Below are positions 1-8,487 of a stretch of DNA of 64,000 nt, piece after piece. Made by a program: the position numbers and the translations under genes. The notes under the pieces are model-generated. The model searched no databases and was not told where the DNA came from. It was given only the letters and a program-made list of their open reading frames with translations. Location: assembly GCA_016201905.1 (NCBI GenBank), contig JACQBQ010000024.1, positions 52,919-116,918 of the forward strand, in the 5' to 3' direction. Position 1 is the first letter of the stretch, and each line of letters starts with the position of its first letter. The stretch is from Candidatus Melainabacteria bacterium. Its GTDB lineage: Bacteria; Cyanobacteriota; Vampirovibrionia; 2-02-FULL-35-15.

Positions 1-197
1 GTTTTGCAGGATCGGATTTGCCGAATGAATCGGTCAAATCCTTTAAAAAAGAACAAGGTGCTAATTCCAGGTAGATGAGCGATAAAAACTTCAATTGAAT
101 TTGGATCAAATCTCTATAGAAGTAATTAAGCTCAAGGGGAAATATAAGTGAAGGATGTTCCGAAAGAGGAATATTCTGAGCATCGAAAAGGAGGAGG

Positions 198-224
198 AAA
201 AATCTCGTTTGACCCGAGATTTTT
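198..224 (+). promoter_or_regulatory. Terminator-like hairpin in the metK leader (AAATCTCG-loop-CGAGATTT followed by a T-run) between a GGAGGAGG stretch and the metK ATG; possible attenuator or riboswitch expression platform
   Basis: Inverted repeat aaatctcg/cgagattt with a 7-nt loop and TTTTT is read directly from the sequence. GGAGGAGG lies about 40 nt upstream of the ATG, too far to act as a normal SD. Confidence 0.35.
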
Positions 225-236
225 CCGGTATAAAAT

Positions 237-1496
237 ATGTCAAAACGATTATTTACATCAGAGTCAGTTACAGAAGGACATCCAGATAAACTTTGTGATC
301 AAATATCTGATGCAGTATTAGATGCTGCACTTGCTGGTGATACTAAAAGCCGTGTAGCCTGTGAAACATATGCTACAACAGGGTTAGTAGTTATAGGCGG
401 AGAAATTACTTCAAAAACACAGATTGATTATGATACCTTAGCCAGAAAAACTATAGAAGAAATCGGCTATGCAGGTCCTGATTCAGGTGGATTTGATGCA
501 CATACATGTGGGATTTTAGTTTGTGTAAAAGGACAATCACCAGATATTGCTCAGGGAGTTTCAACTGCTAAAGAACACAGAGATGAAGAATCAAGTGATG
601 CTGCAGATAAGTTAGGCGCCGGAGATCAAGGACTTATGTTTGGATTTGCATGTGATGAGACTCCAGAACTCATGCCACTTCCAATAAGCCTTGCTCAAAG
701 GCTTGCATTAAAGCTTTCTCAGGTTAGAAAAAGTGGTGTTCTTTCTTACCTAAGACCTGATGGTAAGACACAGGTTACTGTTGAATATGATGAACAAGGT
801 GCACCAAAAAGAATTGATACACTTGTAATTTCAACTCAGCATGCAGCAAAAATAAATGGAAAGACGGATAACTTTGATCTGCAAAAGTTTATTGAAGCTG
901 ATATGAAAGAGTTTGTAATTAAACCAGTAGTTGAGCAGCTCGGACACCTAATTGATAAAGATACAAAGTACTTTATTAATCCCTCAGGACGTTTTGTAAT
1001 CGGTGGACCACAAGGAGATGCTGGTTTAACCGGGAGAAAAATTATTGTAGACACTTATGGTGGCTATGCTCGTCACGGAGGTGGTGCATTTTCAGGTAAG
1101 GACCCTACAAAAGTAGACAGATCAGCATGTTATGCAGCCAGATACATTGCAAAAAATATTGTTAGTGCTGGTCTTGCAAAGCAATGTGAAGTTCAGGTTT
1201 CATATGCCATAGGTGTAGCAAAGCCAATATCTGTGAGCGTTTCAACATTTGGCACAGGAAAGATTAAAGACACAGCTCTTGGCGACATTATAAACCAGGT
1301 TTTTGATTTAAGACCGCTTGCAATAATCAAAAAACTAAATCTGCAAAACCTGCCTAAGTTAAACAATGGCATCTTTTACAGAAAGACAGCTGCTTATGGA
1401 CACTTTGGAAGACCTGACTTAAAGCTTCCATGGGAAGAGCTCGATAAGGTAAAAGAAATTCAAAAAGCAGCAAATGGATCTTTTGTTGTGGCATAA
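237..1496 (+). CDS. metK: S-adenosylmethionine synthetase
   Basis: 419 aa. N-terminal [25 protein letters not shown] matches MetK, as do the [16 protein letters not shown] motif and the protein length. Confidence 0.95.
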   Translation: MSKRLFTSESVTEGHPDKLCDQISDAVLDAALAGDTKSRVACETYATTGLVVIGGEITSKTQIDYDTLARKTIEEIGYAGPDSGGFDAHTCGILVCVKGQSPDIAQGVSTAKEHRDEESSDAADKLGAGDQGLMFGFACDETPELMPLPISLAQRLALKLSQVRKSGVLSYLRPDGKTQVTVEYDEQGAPKRIDTLVISTQHAAKINGKTDNFDLQKFIEADMKEFVIKPVVEQLGHLIDKDTKYFINPSGRFVIGGPQGDAGLTGRKIIVDTYGGYARHGGGAFSGKDPTKVDRSACYAARYIAKNIVSAGLAKQCEVQVSYAIGVAKPISVSVSTFGTGKIKDTALGDIINQVFDLRPLAIIKKLNLQNLPKLNNGIFYRKTAAYGHFGRPDLKLPWEELDKVKEIQKAANGSFVVA

Positions 1497-1528
1497 ATAT
1501 AGAGCGTTAAATGAGTTTATAAATATAA

Positions 1529-2152
1529 TTAAGACAAAGAAACAGGCACTAAACCCCTAATCGATTTTTTTTGTTTAATTAAATCCCTGATTTGACTACT
1601 TGAGATATTGATAGGTTTTGTGTGAACCAATGACCATTTGAGATTTTTAATCTTTGGAGCTTTTATATTTTTTGAAGGCCTTGGCAACACAAGAAATGTA
1701 ACCAGCTTAGCAAGCTGGATTGGTTTATTCCATGTATTTAATTTCTCAAATTCATCAGCGCCGATTAAGAAATATAGAATTATTTTGTCATTGCGAGCCA
1801 AAGGCGAAGCAAGCCTGATCATTTTGCGTGAATTCAATTGGGATTGCTTCGTCGTCCGCCCAATGTGGACTCCTTGCAATGACAGTATTGTATCAATCGT
1901 ATATGCTGGTTTTCTTTTTTTAATTTCAATGTCTAAAACCTTAAAATATTTTCTCCCTTTAATTGCTCTTTTTACAAGTTCGTATCTAAATTGTGCAGGA
2001 AATAATTTTTGCCTTGATTTATGTGGTGGAATACCACATGGAATAAAATAAACACAAGACAATTTATATTCTTTGCGCGCAGCTTCTGCCATTTTTAGAT
2101 GTCCAACGTGTATTGGATTAAATGTGCCACCGAAGATTCCGATTCGTTTCAT
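1529..2152 (-). CDS. nadD: Nicotinate-nucleotide adenylyltransferase carrying an in-frame insertion of a palindromic repeat element; start placed at MKRIGIFGGTFNPIHVGH
   Basis: GIFGGTFNPIHxGH nucleotidyltransferase motif and YTIDT...FLIGADEF match NadD. The track ORF runs to 2251 only because the repeat upstream reads through in frame. About 32 extra residues lie between YTIDT and LYFLIGAD compared with B. subtilis NadD. Confidence 0.85.
   Translation of the reverse strand: MKRIGIFGGTFNPIHVGHLKMAEAARKEYKLSCVYFIPCGIPPHKSRQKLFPAQFRYELVKRAIKGRKYFKVLDIEIKKRKPAYTIDTILSLQGVHIGRTTKQSQLNSRKMIRLASPLARNDKIILYFLIGADEFEKLNTWNKPIQLAKLVTFLVLPRPSKNIKAPKIKNLKWSLVHTKPINISSSQIRDLIKQKKSIRGLVPVSLS
1787..1883. 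mobile_element. Palindromic MITE-like repeat copy A (GTCATTGCGAG...CTTGCAATGAC), inserted in frame inside nadD
   Basis: Terminal inverted repeats and an internal inverted repeat (cgaagcaa.../...ttgcttcg) are shared with copies at 2156, 27795, 31037 and 58552. The nadD ORF stays open across it. Confidence 0.85.
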
Positions 2153-2155
2153 TAT

Positions 2156-2243
2156 GTCATTGCGAGCCAAAGGCGAAGCAATCCCGATCGTTTTGCGTGA
2201 ATTCACTCGGGATTGCTTCGTTGCTAACGCTCCTTGCAATGAC
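2156..2243. mobile_element. Palindromic MITE-like repeat copy B between the proA stop and the nadD start
   Basis: About 90% identical to copy A. It sits 4 bp upstream of the nadD ATG and produces a spurious in-frame N-terminal extension in the ORF track. Confidence 0.85.
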
Positions 2244-2247
2244 ATTA

Positions 2248-3513
2248 TCAATCCCTTATTTGCCCTTCACCAGTTACCAGATATTTATATGTCACTAATT
2301 GTTCTAGAGCAATAGGTCCGCGTGCATGTAATTTTTGTGTAGAGATTCCAATTTCAGAGCCAAAACCAAATTCTTCTCCATCAGTAAAGCGTGTGCTTGC
2401 ATTTACATAGACACATGCTGCATCAATTTCTTCCTGAAATTTCTTTGCATTACTTTTATCTTCTGTAATTATGGACTCTGAGTGTTTTGTTCCATATTTA
2501 TTTATATGTTCTATAGCTTCATCAAGCGAGTTTACCACTTTAACTGCGACCTTTAAATCTAAATATTCTTTATACCAATCATCTTCAGTAGCAGGTCTTG
2601 CACTTTTTATAAATTTTCTGGTTTTATCACAGCCAAAGATTTCTACATTTTTATTCATAAGAGCTAACTCAAGTCCAGGTAAAATATTTTGAGCAATGTT
2701 TTTATGAACTAAAATTGTTTCAATGGCATTGCAAACACCTGGTCTTTGTGTTTTTGCATTGATGGCTATATCCACTGCTATAATTTCTTTTGCACTTTCA
2801 TCTATGAATAAATGACAGGTGCCACCGCCTGCCCCAATTACCGGGATTTTTGAATGCTTTAAAACAAAATCTTTTAATTCTTCTCCGCCACGCGGAATTA
2901 CAAGATCTACATATTCTTTTGATTCAAGTATTTTTATAGTTTCATTCCGTTCTTTATTTGCAATGAACTGAACTATACTTAAGTCCAATGAGCTCTTTTC
3001 TAGAGCTTTGTAAATTACATCCACAATAGCCTGATTTGAATGCGTGGCATGCTGACTGCCGCGTAAAACTATTGCATTACCTGATTTAATGGCTAGAGAA
3101 GCTGCATCAGTAGTAACATTTGGTCTTGCCTCATAAATAACACATATTACGCCAAGAGGAACAGAAATCTTTTTTATATCCATTCCCTTTGAATGTTTCC
3201 AGGCAGCTAAAACTTTACCAATAGGATCTTTTTGAGCGATGACTTTTTGAATACTATCAGCCATGCTTTGCAATCTTTTTTCATTTAATAAAAGCCTGTC
3301 TAATAGAGCATTTGAGAGGTTGTTTTTCTTTCCTTCTTCAATATCTTTTTTATTTGCTGCTAAGATGATATCTTTTGATTTAATTAATTCACTGCTTATA
3401 AGTTCAAGTGCTTTATTTCTTTCATCGGATGCAGATTTTGCTAGTTTTCTTGAGGCAATCTTAGCAGCTTTGAGTTGGCTTATGGTATCTTTCAATGCAG
3501 TTTGAGAATTCAT
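2248..3513 (-). CDS. proA: Glutamate-5-semialdehyde dehydrogenase (gamma-glutamyl phosphate reductase)
   Basis: 421 aa. VIYEARPNVT, IPRGG, NAKTQRPGVCNAxETxLVHKNIA and YVNASTRFTDG align closely with E. coli ProA. The proA-nadD adjacency is common in bacteria. Confidence 0.93.
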   Translation of the reverse strand: MNSQTALKDTISQLKAAKIASRKLAKSASDERNKALELISSELIKSKDIILAANKKDIEEGKKNNLSNALLDRLLLNEKRLQSMADSIQKVIAQKDPIGKVLAAWKHSKGMDIKKISVPLGVICVIYEARPNVTTDAASLAIKSGNAIVLRGSQHATHSNQAIVDVIYKALEKSSLDLSIVQFIANKERNETIKILESKEYVDLVIPRGGEELKDFVLKHSKIPVIGAGGGTCHLFIDESAKEIIAVDIAINAKTQRPGVCNAIETILVHKNIAQNILPGLELALMNKNVEIFGCDKTRKFIKSARPATEDDWYKEYLDLKVAVKVVNSLDEAIEHINKYGTKHSESIITEDKSNAKKFQEEIDAACVYVNASTRFTDGEEFGFGSEIGISTQKLHARGPIALEQLVTYKYLVTGEGQIRD

Positions 3514-3558
3514 ATGAACATTATATCTGTAGAGGCAAGGTAACCTTGCTTTGTAGTT

Positions 3559-5202
3559 CTACAATTTATAAATATTGATGAGTGGTCCACCTCTTTCCCT
3601 CTGCCAAAGTGTTTGTAACGGAGAGTATAAATCTTCAACGATAGATGAGTCTACTTTTTTTTCTAATTCCAAGAGGTAAGGATTAAAAGTAATGAATGGT
3701 TTTAATTTAAGGAGCCTTTTATAGTATTTCTTTTCAAGTTTGTGTCCTGGTTCTCTTAAAATCATCTGTGCATCTAAGCTGTTAACAATAACATAGTCAA
3801 CTTTTTTCCTTAAAATCCTAAACCAATCTTTATTTTCTAAAAGTTTCAAGCTAACATAAAACCTTTGTTTATCAACTAGTGAATCCGGGTCCACACCAAT
3901 ATTTTTTAAACTATTCTTGTCATATGGAGCAAATCCTTTGGTTTGTATACTATTCTTATCCCAGACGATCTTTACATCTCCATGAGCATTTTCATTTACC
4001 CAGTCAGTTGCAATAACTCTTGTATCCGACAAACTAATTATTTTATTGTATTTAAATACATACTTAAGCGGAATATAAAATGCAAAAATAAGCAAAACTA
4101 TAAATAAAAACTTTTTATCCCTTTTAAAAGACAGCGAATTAAAAAACATGCCAGATGCAAGACACATATAAGGCAAAAGCAATACTGCATATCCAGAATA
4201 GCTTAGATGAAAAAGTCCTAAAACTGCAAAATAAAAAACGGGTAGTGAAAATAATATTGACAATAAGTTTAAATCATAGTCATTTTTTCTGTATAAGAAA
4301 AAATAAAAAGCACTAATCCAAACTACTGGACCAACTCCAGGGATTAGAAAATTAAATAAATAAAGAAGGTATGAGCTATAGCGATAATCATAATATCCAT
4401 TTATATAACTGGTCGTTAAATATCTAATAAACTCAAGAAAATTAATTATAAGTTGTGGATTAAAAAGCAAAAAAGAAAGTAAAAAACTTCCAAGAAGAAA
4501 CTTAAACTTAGAAAAATCTTTTTTAACTACTTGAACTAGTAAAACAGGGATAATACTTAAAGAGCCTATACAGTTAGTGAACGCACTAAATAGTGCACAT
4601 ACTGTGCTAGAAAAGAGATTTAGATTTTTATTTAAATAAGATTTAAGTATAAATAAAACTGAAAGTAAAGAAAAGAAAGTCATTACACTAAATGGCAAAA
4701 ATATTTGAGAAAATCTTACATGTAATAATGAAACTGCTAAAAATCCACTTGCAAGCAATCCTGTTAGTAGACTGAAAATTGATCCTATAAAATACAGAAC
4801 GATTACTGATCCAACTCCAAACAAAATACTTATAAGCCTAAGAGGAACATAAAATGCACCAGGGTTTACTTCAAGTGTATTTAAAAGGTTATTTATATCT
4901 ATCGTTCCTGAAGTAAAAAAAACCACCAAAGCATTTAAATAAAAATAAAGCGGAGAAGATTCAAAACTATTAAAGCTTATTAGGTGCTTAATTGTAGACA
5001 AGATCCCTAACAGGTTTCTTGATTCATCTGGATTTAATGCATATGGCAATCCATTATAAATACCTCGAGATCTTAAATAAAAAGAAACTATAATTATAAA
5101 GAAAAAAAGCAGATTTTTTTTGCTGGCAGCTTTTTCTAAGGCAGGTTGCTCCTTAACTTGATCTTGTTTTTTTATTTTTTGTAGTACTAAGTTTTCTGGC
5201 AT
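3559..5202 (-). CDS. Polytopic membrane glycosyltransferase of the PMT/ArnT-like (GT39/GT83) family
   Basis: 547 aa with many hydrophobic helices. The N-terminal loop has an YxLNPDESRN motif resembling the DE motif of ArnT/PMT-type transferases. Confidence 0.55.
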   Translation of the reverse strand: MPENLVLQKIKKQDQVKEQPALEKAASKKNLLFFFIIIVSFYLRSRGIYNGLPYALNPDESRNLLGILSTIKHLISFNSFESSPLYFYLNALVVFFTSGTIDINNLLNTLEVNPGAFYVPLRLISILFGVGSVIVLYFIGSIFSLLTGLLASGFLAVSLLHVRFSQIFLPFSVMTFFSLLSVLFILKSYLNKNLNLFSSTVCALFSAFTNCIGSLSIIPVLLVQVVKKDFSKFKFLLGSFLLSFLLFNPQLIINFLEFIRYLTTSYINGYYDYRYSSYLLYLFNFLIPGVGPVVWISAFYFFLYRKNDYDLNLLSILFSLPVFYFAVLGLFHLSYSGYAVLLLPYMCLASGMFFNSLSFKRDKKFLFIVLLIFAFYIPLKYVFKYNKIISLSDTRVIATDWVNENAHGDVKIVWDKNSIQTKGFAPYDKNSLKNIGVDPDSLVDKQRFYVSLKLLENKDWFRILRKKVDYVIVNSLDAQMILREPGHKLEKKYYKRLLKLKPFITFNPYLLELEKKVDSSIVEDLYSPLQTLWQRERGGPLINIYKL

Positions 5203-5792
5203 TCATCTTTTACAAATTGTTGTTCTTCTTGTGCATATTCTTTAACATTTTTTACTTTTTCTTTTATTTTGTCGTCTGGTATTTTATCCAAGGAGCTACT
5301 CAGAACGTCAATTGCATCCGAATAAAGCTTTAGTGCATATGGACAGTTTGGCTGCTCAGCACCATCTAGGTGGTTTCCACCTTCAGCATATTTTTGGAAA
5401 GCTTCAACTACTTTTTGGTATATAGGAACTTCAGGACAAGTACATGTTTTTGTAATGCCTTTTATTGTAAGCCCAGCATCGTTACAGGCTTTAATAGCTT
5501 TAACCCATTCATCTTCTTCTATGGAGCCATATGCTTTTTCTACAGCATCTCTAGCTGGTTTTGCACAAGCACATTCCGGGGCTTTTGGTACCTCTGGAGC
5601 TTTCATTACCTCTTGAGCTTTTGTTGCCCCTGGAGCTTTTGGTACTTTTTTCTCCTGGAGATTAGGTTCTTTTTCTACTGCTTTTACTGTGTCTTTTGGT
5701 TTTAGAGCATCTTGAGCTAATGAAACACTGCTATTTGTAATTACCGAGATTAAACCTATTATAAAAAGTATTTTTCTCATTATAGATGTCAT
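5187..5792 (-). CDS. Secreted Lys/Ala/Pro-rich Cys-containing hypothetical protein
   Basis: N-terminal signal-peptide-like segment (IIGLISVITNSSVSLAQD). Repeated KAPEVPKAPE motifs and several Cys pairs. No recognisable family. Confidence 0.5.
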   Translation of the reverse strand: MTSIMRKILFIIGLISVITNSSVSLAQDALKPKDTVKAVEKEPNLQEKKVPKAPGATKAQEVMKAPEVPKAPECACAKPARDAVEKAYGSIEEDEWVKAIKACNDAGLTIKGITKTCTCPEVPIYQKVVEAFQKYAEGGNHLDGAEQPNCPYALKLYSDAIDVLSSSLDKIPDDKIKEKVKNVKEYAQEEQQFVKDECQKT

Positions 5793-5888
5793 TCTTTTAC
5801 TCCTTGTGTATAAAATTCCTCTTTTAATAATTTATACCACAGTGGTAATTATTCCGCATGTGATATAAGTCAATGCAGTTAATTTTTT

Positions 5889-7001
5889 CTATGGTTTTAC
5901 AGCAACTTGAATTGCTTGACCAGACTTGTGCATTAAAAATGCTTTTTCTAGTTCTCTTAGCGGCACAGTATGGGTGATTATCTTTTCAGAGATCTTTTCT
6001 TGGAAATTAGTATTATTTAATAGATTTAAGGCGATTTTTACATGCTTTGGAGTATGGTGAAAGACACCTATTAACTTAAGCTCATCGTAATGAATACGAT
6101 ATGTATCAAGTTCAACCTTTGAACCTTTTTTACAGCCACCAAAGAAGTTAACTAAGCCTCCTTTGCTTACAAGTTTTGTTGCTAGTTCCCATGTCTCAGG
6201 CAGGCCAACTGCTTCAATAACTATTTCAGGCCCATTGCCATCGGTTAAATATTTTATTTTTTCAATCAACTCTTGCTCGCTTAGTTCTTCAATATTTAAG
6301 ATATGATCAGCACCAAGTTTTTCAGCAAGCTCTAGCTTGAAGGCATTCCTACCAAGCGAGATTACTTTTGCTCCATTTAATTTTGCAATAGCACAAAACA
6401 TAAGCCCAATTGAACCTGTACCAATTATGCAGACCGTTTTATCGCTTGTAACTTGGGATCTTTCTAAACCATGCACCACTACAGAAAGTCCTTCAAGTGA
6501 CGCTGCTGCTTCAAAGCTAATGTTATCCGGTATTTGATAAGTGTTGTATTGGACTATGTCTGCTGGAACAGCAATATATTCTGCATATGCACCATTTAAA
6601 AAAGACAGATTTTCACATAAGCTAAACTTTTCTTTTGCACAAAAGCCACACTTATAACAAGGAGTAGAATTTAAAGCTACAACTCTTTGACCTGTTGAAA
6701 AGTTTTTTACGTTTCTCCCAACTTTTTCTATGACGCCTGAAAACTGGTGCCCAAAAGTAGAAGGAGTAGACTTAATTAAAATAGGATGGCTTCTTTGAAA
6801 AGTTTTTAAGTCAGTACCACAAGTAAGAGCTACTTTAACTTTCACAAGGATTTCATTGTCTCTTATCTTTGGCGTTGGAACTTTTTCATACCTTATATCA
6901 TGTGGACCATAAAAAAGACATGCATTCATTAGCTCAGGAATTTGTTCAACTGACTCCTCATTAATGAAATTCTCTTTTTCTTTTACCAGGTGCAGTGCCA
7001 T
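5889..7001 (-). CDS. Zinc-dependent medium-chain alcohol/polyol dehydrogenase (sorbitol or threonine dehydrogenase-like)
   Basis: 370 aa. The catalytic-zinc region ALTCGTDLK, the structural-zinc Cys cluster CYKCGFCAKEKFSLC and the GxGxxG Rossmann motif IIGTGSIGL are all present. Confidence 0.85.
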   Translation of the reverse strand: MALHLVKEKENFINEESVEQIPELMNACLFYGPHDIRYEKVPTPKIRDNEILVKVKVALTCGTDLKTFQRSHPILIKSTPSTFGHQFSGVIEKVGRNVKNFSTGQRVVALNSTPCYKCGFCAKEKFSLCENLSFLNGAYAEYIAVPADIVQYNTYQIPDNISFEAAASLEGLSVVVHGLERSQVTSDKTVCIIGTGSIGLMFCAIAKLNGAKVISLGRNAFKLELAEKLGADHILNIEELSEQELIEKIKYLTDGNGPEIVIEAVGLPETWELATKLVSKGGLVNFFGGCKKGSKVELDTYRIHYDELKLIGVFHHTPKHVKIALNLLNNTNFQEKISEKIITHTVPLRELEKAFLMHKSGQAIQVAVKP

Positions 7002-7045
7002 AAGTATTAATATAGCATTCAGGGGTATTAACTAAAATGTGACAC

Positions 7046-7088
7046 GTCATTGCGAGGAGTCTTGAAGAGACGACGAAGCAATCTTCCA
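7046..7088. mobile_element. Truncated half-copy C of the palindromic MITE-like repeat (left TIR plus first internal arm only)
   Basis: acGTCATTGCGAGgagtcttgaagagacgacgaagcaatc matches the left half of the other copies. The right TIR is absent. Confidence 0.7.
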
Positions 7089-7230
7089 ATAGTTTTAAAA
7101 GTAATAGCTTGTTATATAGGTCTTTCCATTCTTTAATTCTTTTGACCAAATCATTAGTAACACCTGTGTAAAGAACAGTTTTAGCTTTACTTGTGAGAAT
7201 TACGACTTTTTTACTTCTTAAACAAACTTA
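7089..7230 (-). pseudogene. GIY-YIG nuclease family small protein remnant with no canonical start, whose C-terminal part is replaced by repeat copy C
   Basis: The minus-strand translation VVILTSKAKTVLYTGVTNDLVKRIKEWK matches the GIY-YIG motif (YxYxL...LYxGxTxxLxxRxxxH). No ATG, GTG or TTG lies between the upstream stop and the motif. The frame runs straight into the repeat. Confidence 0.5.
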
Positions 7231-7937
7231 GTGCTCTCACTAATCAGCGCACCTATATTTTCTAGATATTTTTTTAATTCCATTCCTCTTACTTCTTTTT
7301 GTGTTTCAGTATCAAATGCATAGGCTCCTCTCAAATCGGCTCCTTTCAAGTTGGCTCCTTCTAAGTTGGTTCCTACCAAGTAGGCTCCGCTCAAGTTGGC
7401 TTCGTATAAGTGGGCTTCTATCAAGTTGGCTCCTCTCAAGTTGGTTCTTTCCAGGTTGGCTCCCCTTAAAGGATATTGAGCTTGATTAGAACCTAATGAG
7501 CTACTGATAGCCACTAATAATCTATCTAGGTTTATAAAATTATTATTTATTTTAATGTTTAAAGAAGTAAAATCTATTCCGGATAAATTAAGTGGTTCAT
7601 TTCCTTTTTGTGTTCTAAATGCATTTTCTATTTTATCTAGTACCATTAGTATCTCTGCATTGTTTGCATATTTATTTTTTATTCCAAATGGATCTAGAAA
7701 CCCTGTTTGTACCAAGGTTTTTTCTGCTCTTATTCTTCCTATAGCTTCTTGTGGAAGAATTACTCTTTTTACTTCTTCTAATACTTTATTTGCGTCATCT
7801 GTATTATTTACTTTTGTTCTAACTATTGAATTGAAATAAGAAAAAAACTCCTGACCTAGGCCAGGAGATAAGGTTTCTAAAGCTTTAAATGCTTTTTGTA
7901 CTTTCTCTATACCTGCTACATTTTGTACTAATGCCAT
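7218..7937 (-). CDS. Pentapeptide-repeat protein
   Basis: The C-terminal 70 aa are tandem A(N/D)LxG pentapeptides (RGANLERTNLRGANLIEAHLYEANLSGAYLVGTNLEGANLKGADLRGAY). Visible in DNA as repeated ggctcc(t/g)ctcaagttgg units at 7320-7470. Confidence 0.85.
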   Translation of the reverse strand: MALVQNVAGIEKVQKAFKALETLSPGLGQEFFSYFNSIVRTKVNNTDDANKVLEEVKRVILPQEAIGRIRAEKTLVQTGFLDPFGIKNKYANNAEILMVLDKIENAFRTQKGNEPLNLSGIDFTSLNIKINNNFINLDRLLVAISSSLGSNQAQYPLRGANLERTNLRGANLIEAHLYEANLSGAYLVGTNLEGANLKGADLRGAYAFDTETQKEVRGMELKKYLENIGALISESTKFV

Positions 7938-8069
7938 ATATCTACTCCTTAATATAGTCCAACTAATGTTTAATCAGGATACACTCTCTATTAAAAAAGA
8001 ACAACTAAAAATCTGAAAAAAGAATTAAGATTTAGATTAAATTTTTTTAATCCTCATTTGGTTAAGGTA

Positions 8070-8393
8070 TTAAATCTTAAATTCTTTTAGCTTTTTTCTA
8101 AATTCTCTTGTATGTCCCCAGGGACGTTTATTTACATAAAGCCAGAAGTGAACCATTTCATGGTAAAGAACTTTTGCAATTTCTTTTGGTTCATTACAAA
8201 GTTTTTGTGAAAGCCTTATAAATGGTCGCTTTCCGGGCTGTGCCTGAAAATCGCCAAACTGTTTAAACCACTCTCCATGACCAAACCTATCGCTCCATAA
8301 AATTCTTATGTATGGCAATGAATTATTGAAATATTGCTTGTTTAATTTGTCATATATTTCATAAATTAGTTCGTCTTGAATTGATCTAGACAT
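8070..8393 (-). CDS. SprT-like zinc metallopeptidase domain protein
   Basis: 107 aa. YFNNSLP...W..RFG and a C-terminal HEMVH (HExxH) motif typical of the SprT-like family. Confidence 0.7.
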   Translation of the reverse strand: MSRSIQDELIYEIYDKLNKQYFNNSLPYIRILWSDRFGHGEWFKQFGDFQAQPGKRPFIRLSQKLCNEPKEIAKVLYHEMVHFWLYVNKRPWGHTREFRKKLKEFKI

Positions 8394-8433
8394 AAAAATA
8401 TTTTAACTTATAATCCTCACTCTGCATCATTAG

Positions 8434-8453
8434 GGCAGGATAAATCCTGCCCC
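8434..8453. promoter_or_regulatory. GC-rich near-perfect hairpin GGGCAGGAT-AA-ATCCTGCCC in a divergent promoter region
   Basis: A 9-bp stem read directly, lying between the divergently transcribed SprT-like and radical SAM genes. Confidence 0.3.
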
Positions 8454-8487
8454 TACAGTTTCTTTCCGTATGCATTAATATAATAGG

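Noticed and set aside
836-1054. Many short ORFs in the track lie antisense to, or out of frame within, the large genes (e.g. 836-1054, 2471-2692, 3263-3505, 5370-5705, 6337-6537, 7301-7489, 9312-9497, 10264-10545, 20913-21167, 28582-29139, 39707-40180, 47504-47857, 57468-58010)
   Set aside because: They are embedded in well-supported longer CDSs on the other strand or frame, have no motifs, and show low-complexity translations. They are treated as spurious.
1787-1883. Assigning the palindromic elements to Rickettsia RPEs or the organism to Rickettsiales
   Set aside because: Behaviour is similar, but the gene content (hisF, pgi, hom, lexA, GT9 heptosyltransferase, pentaheme cytochrome) is inconsistent with Rickettsia. 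I cannot match the termini to a known RPE consensus from memory with confidence.
1638-2315. ORFs 1638-2051(+) and 2073-2315(+) share the peptide IMSLRAKGEA..ILREF...CFV
   Set aside because: Both are plus-strand read-throughs of repeat copies A and B lying antisense to nadD. The shared peptide is simply the repeat translated.
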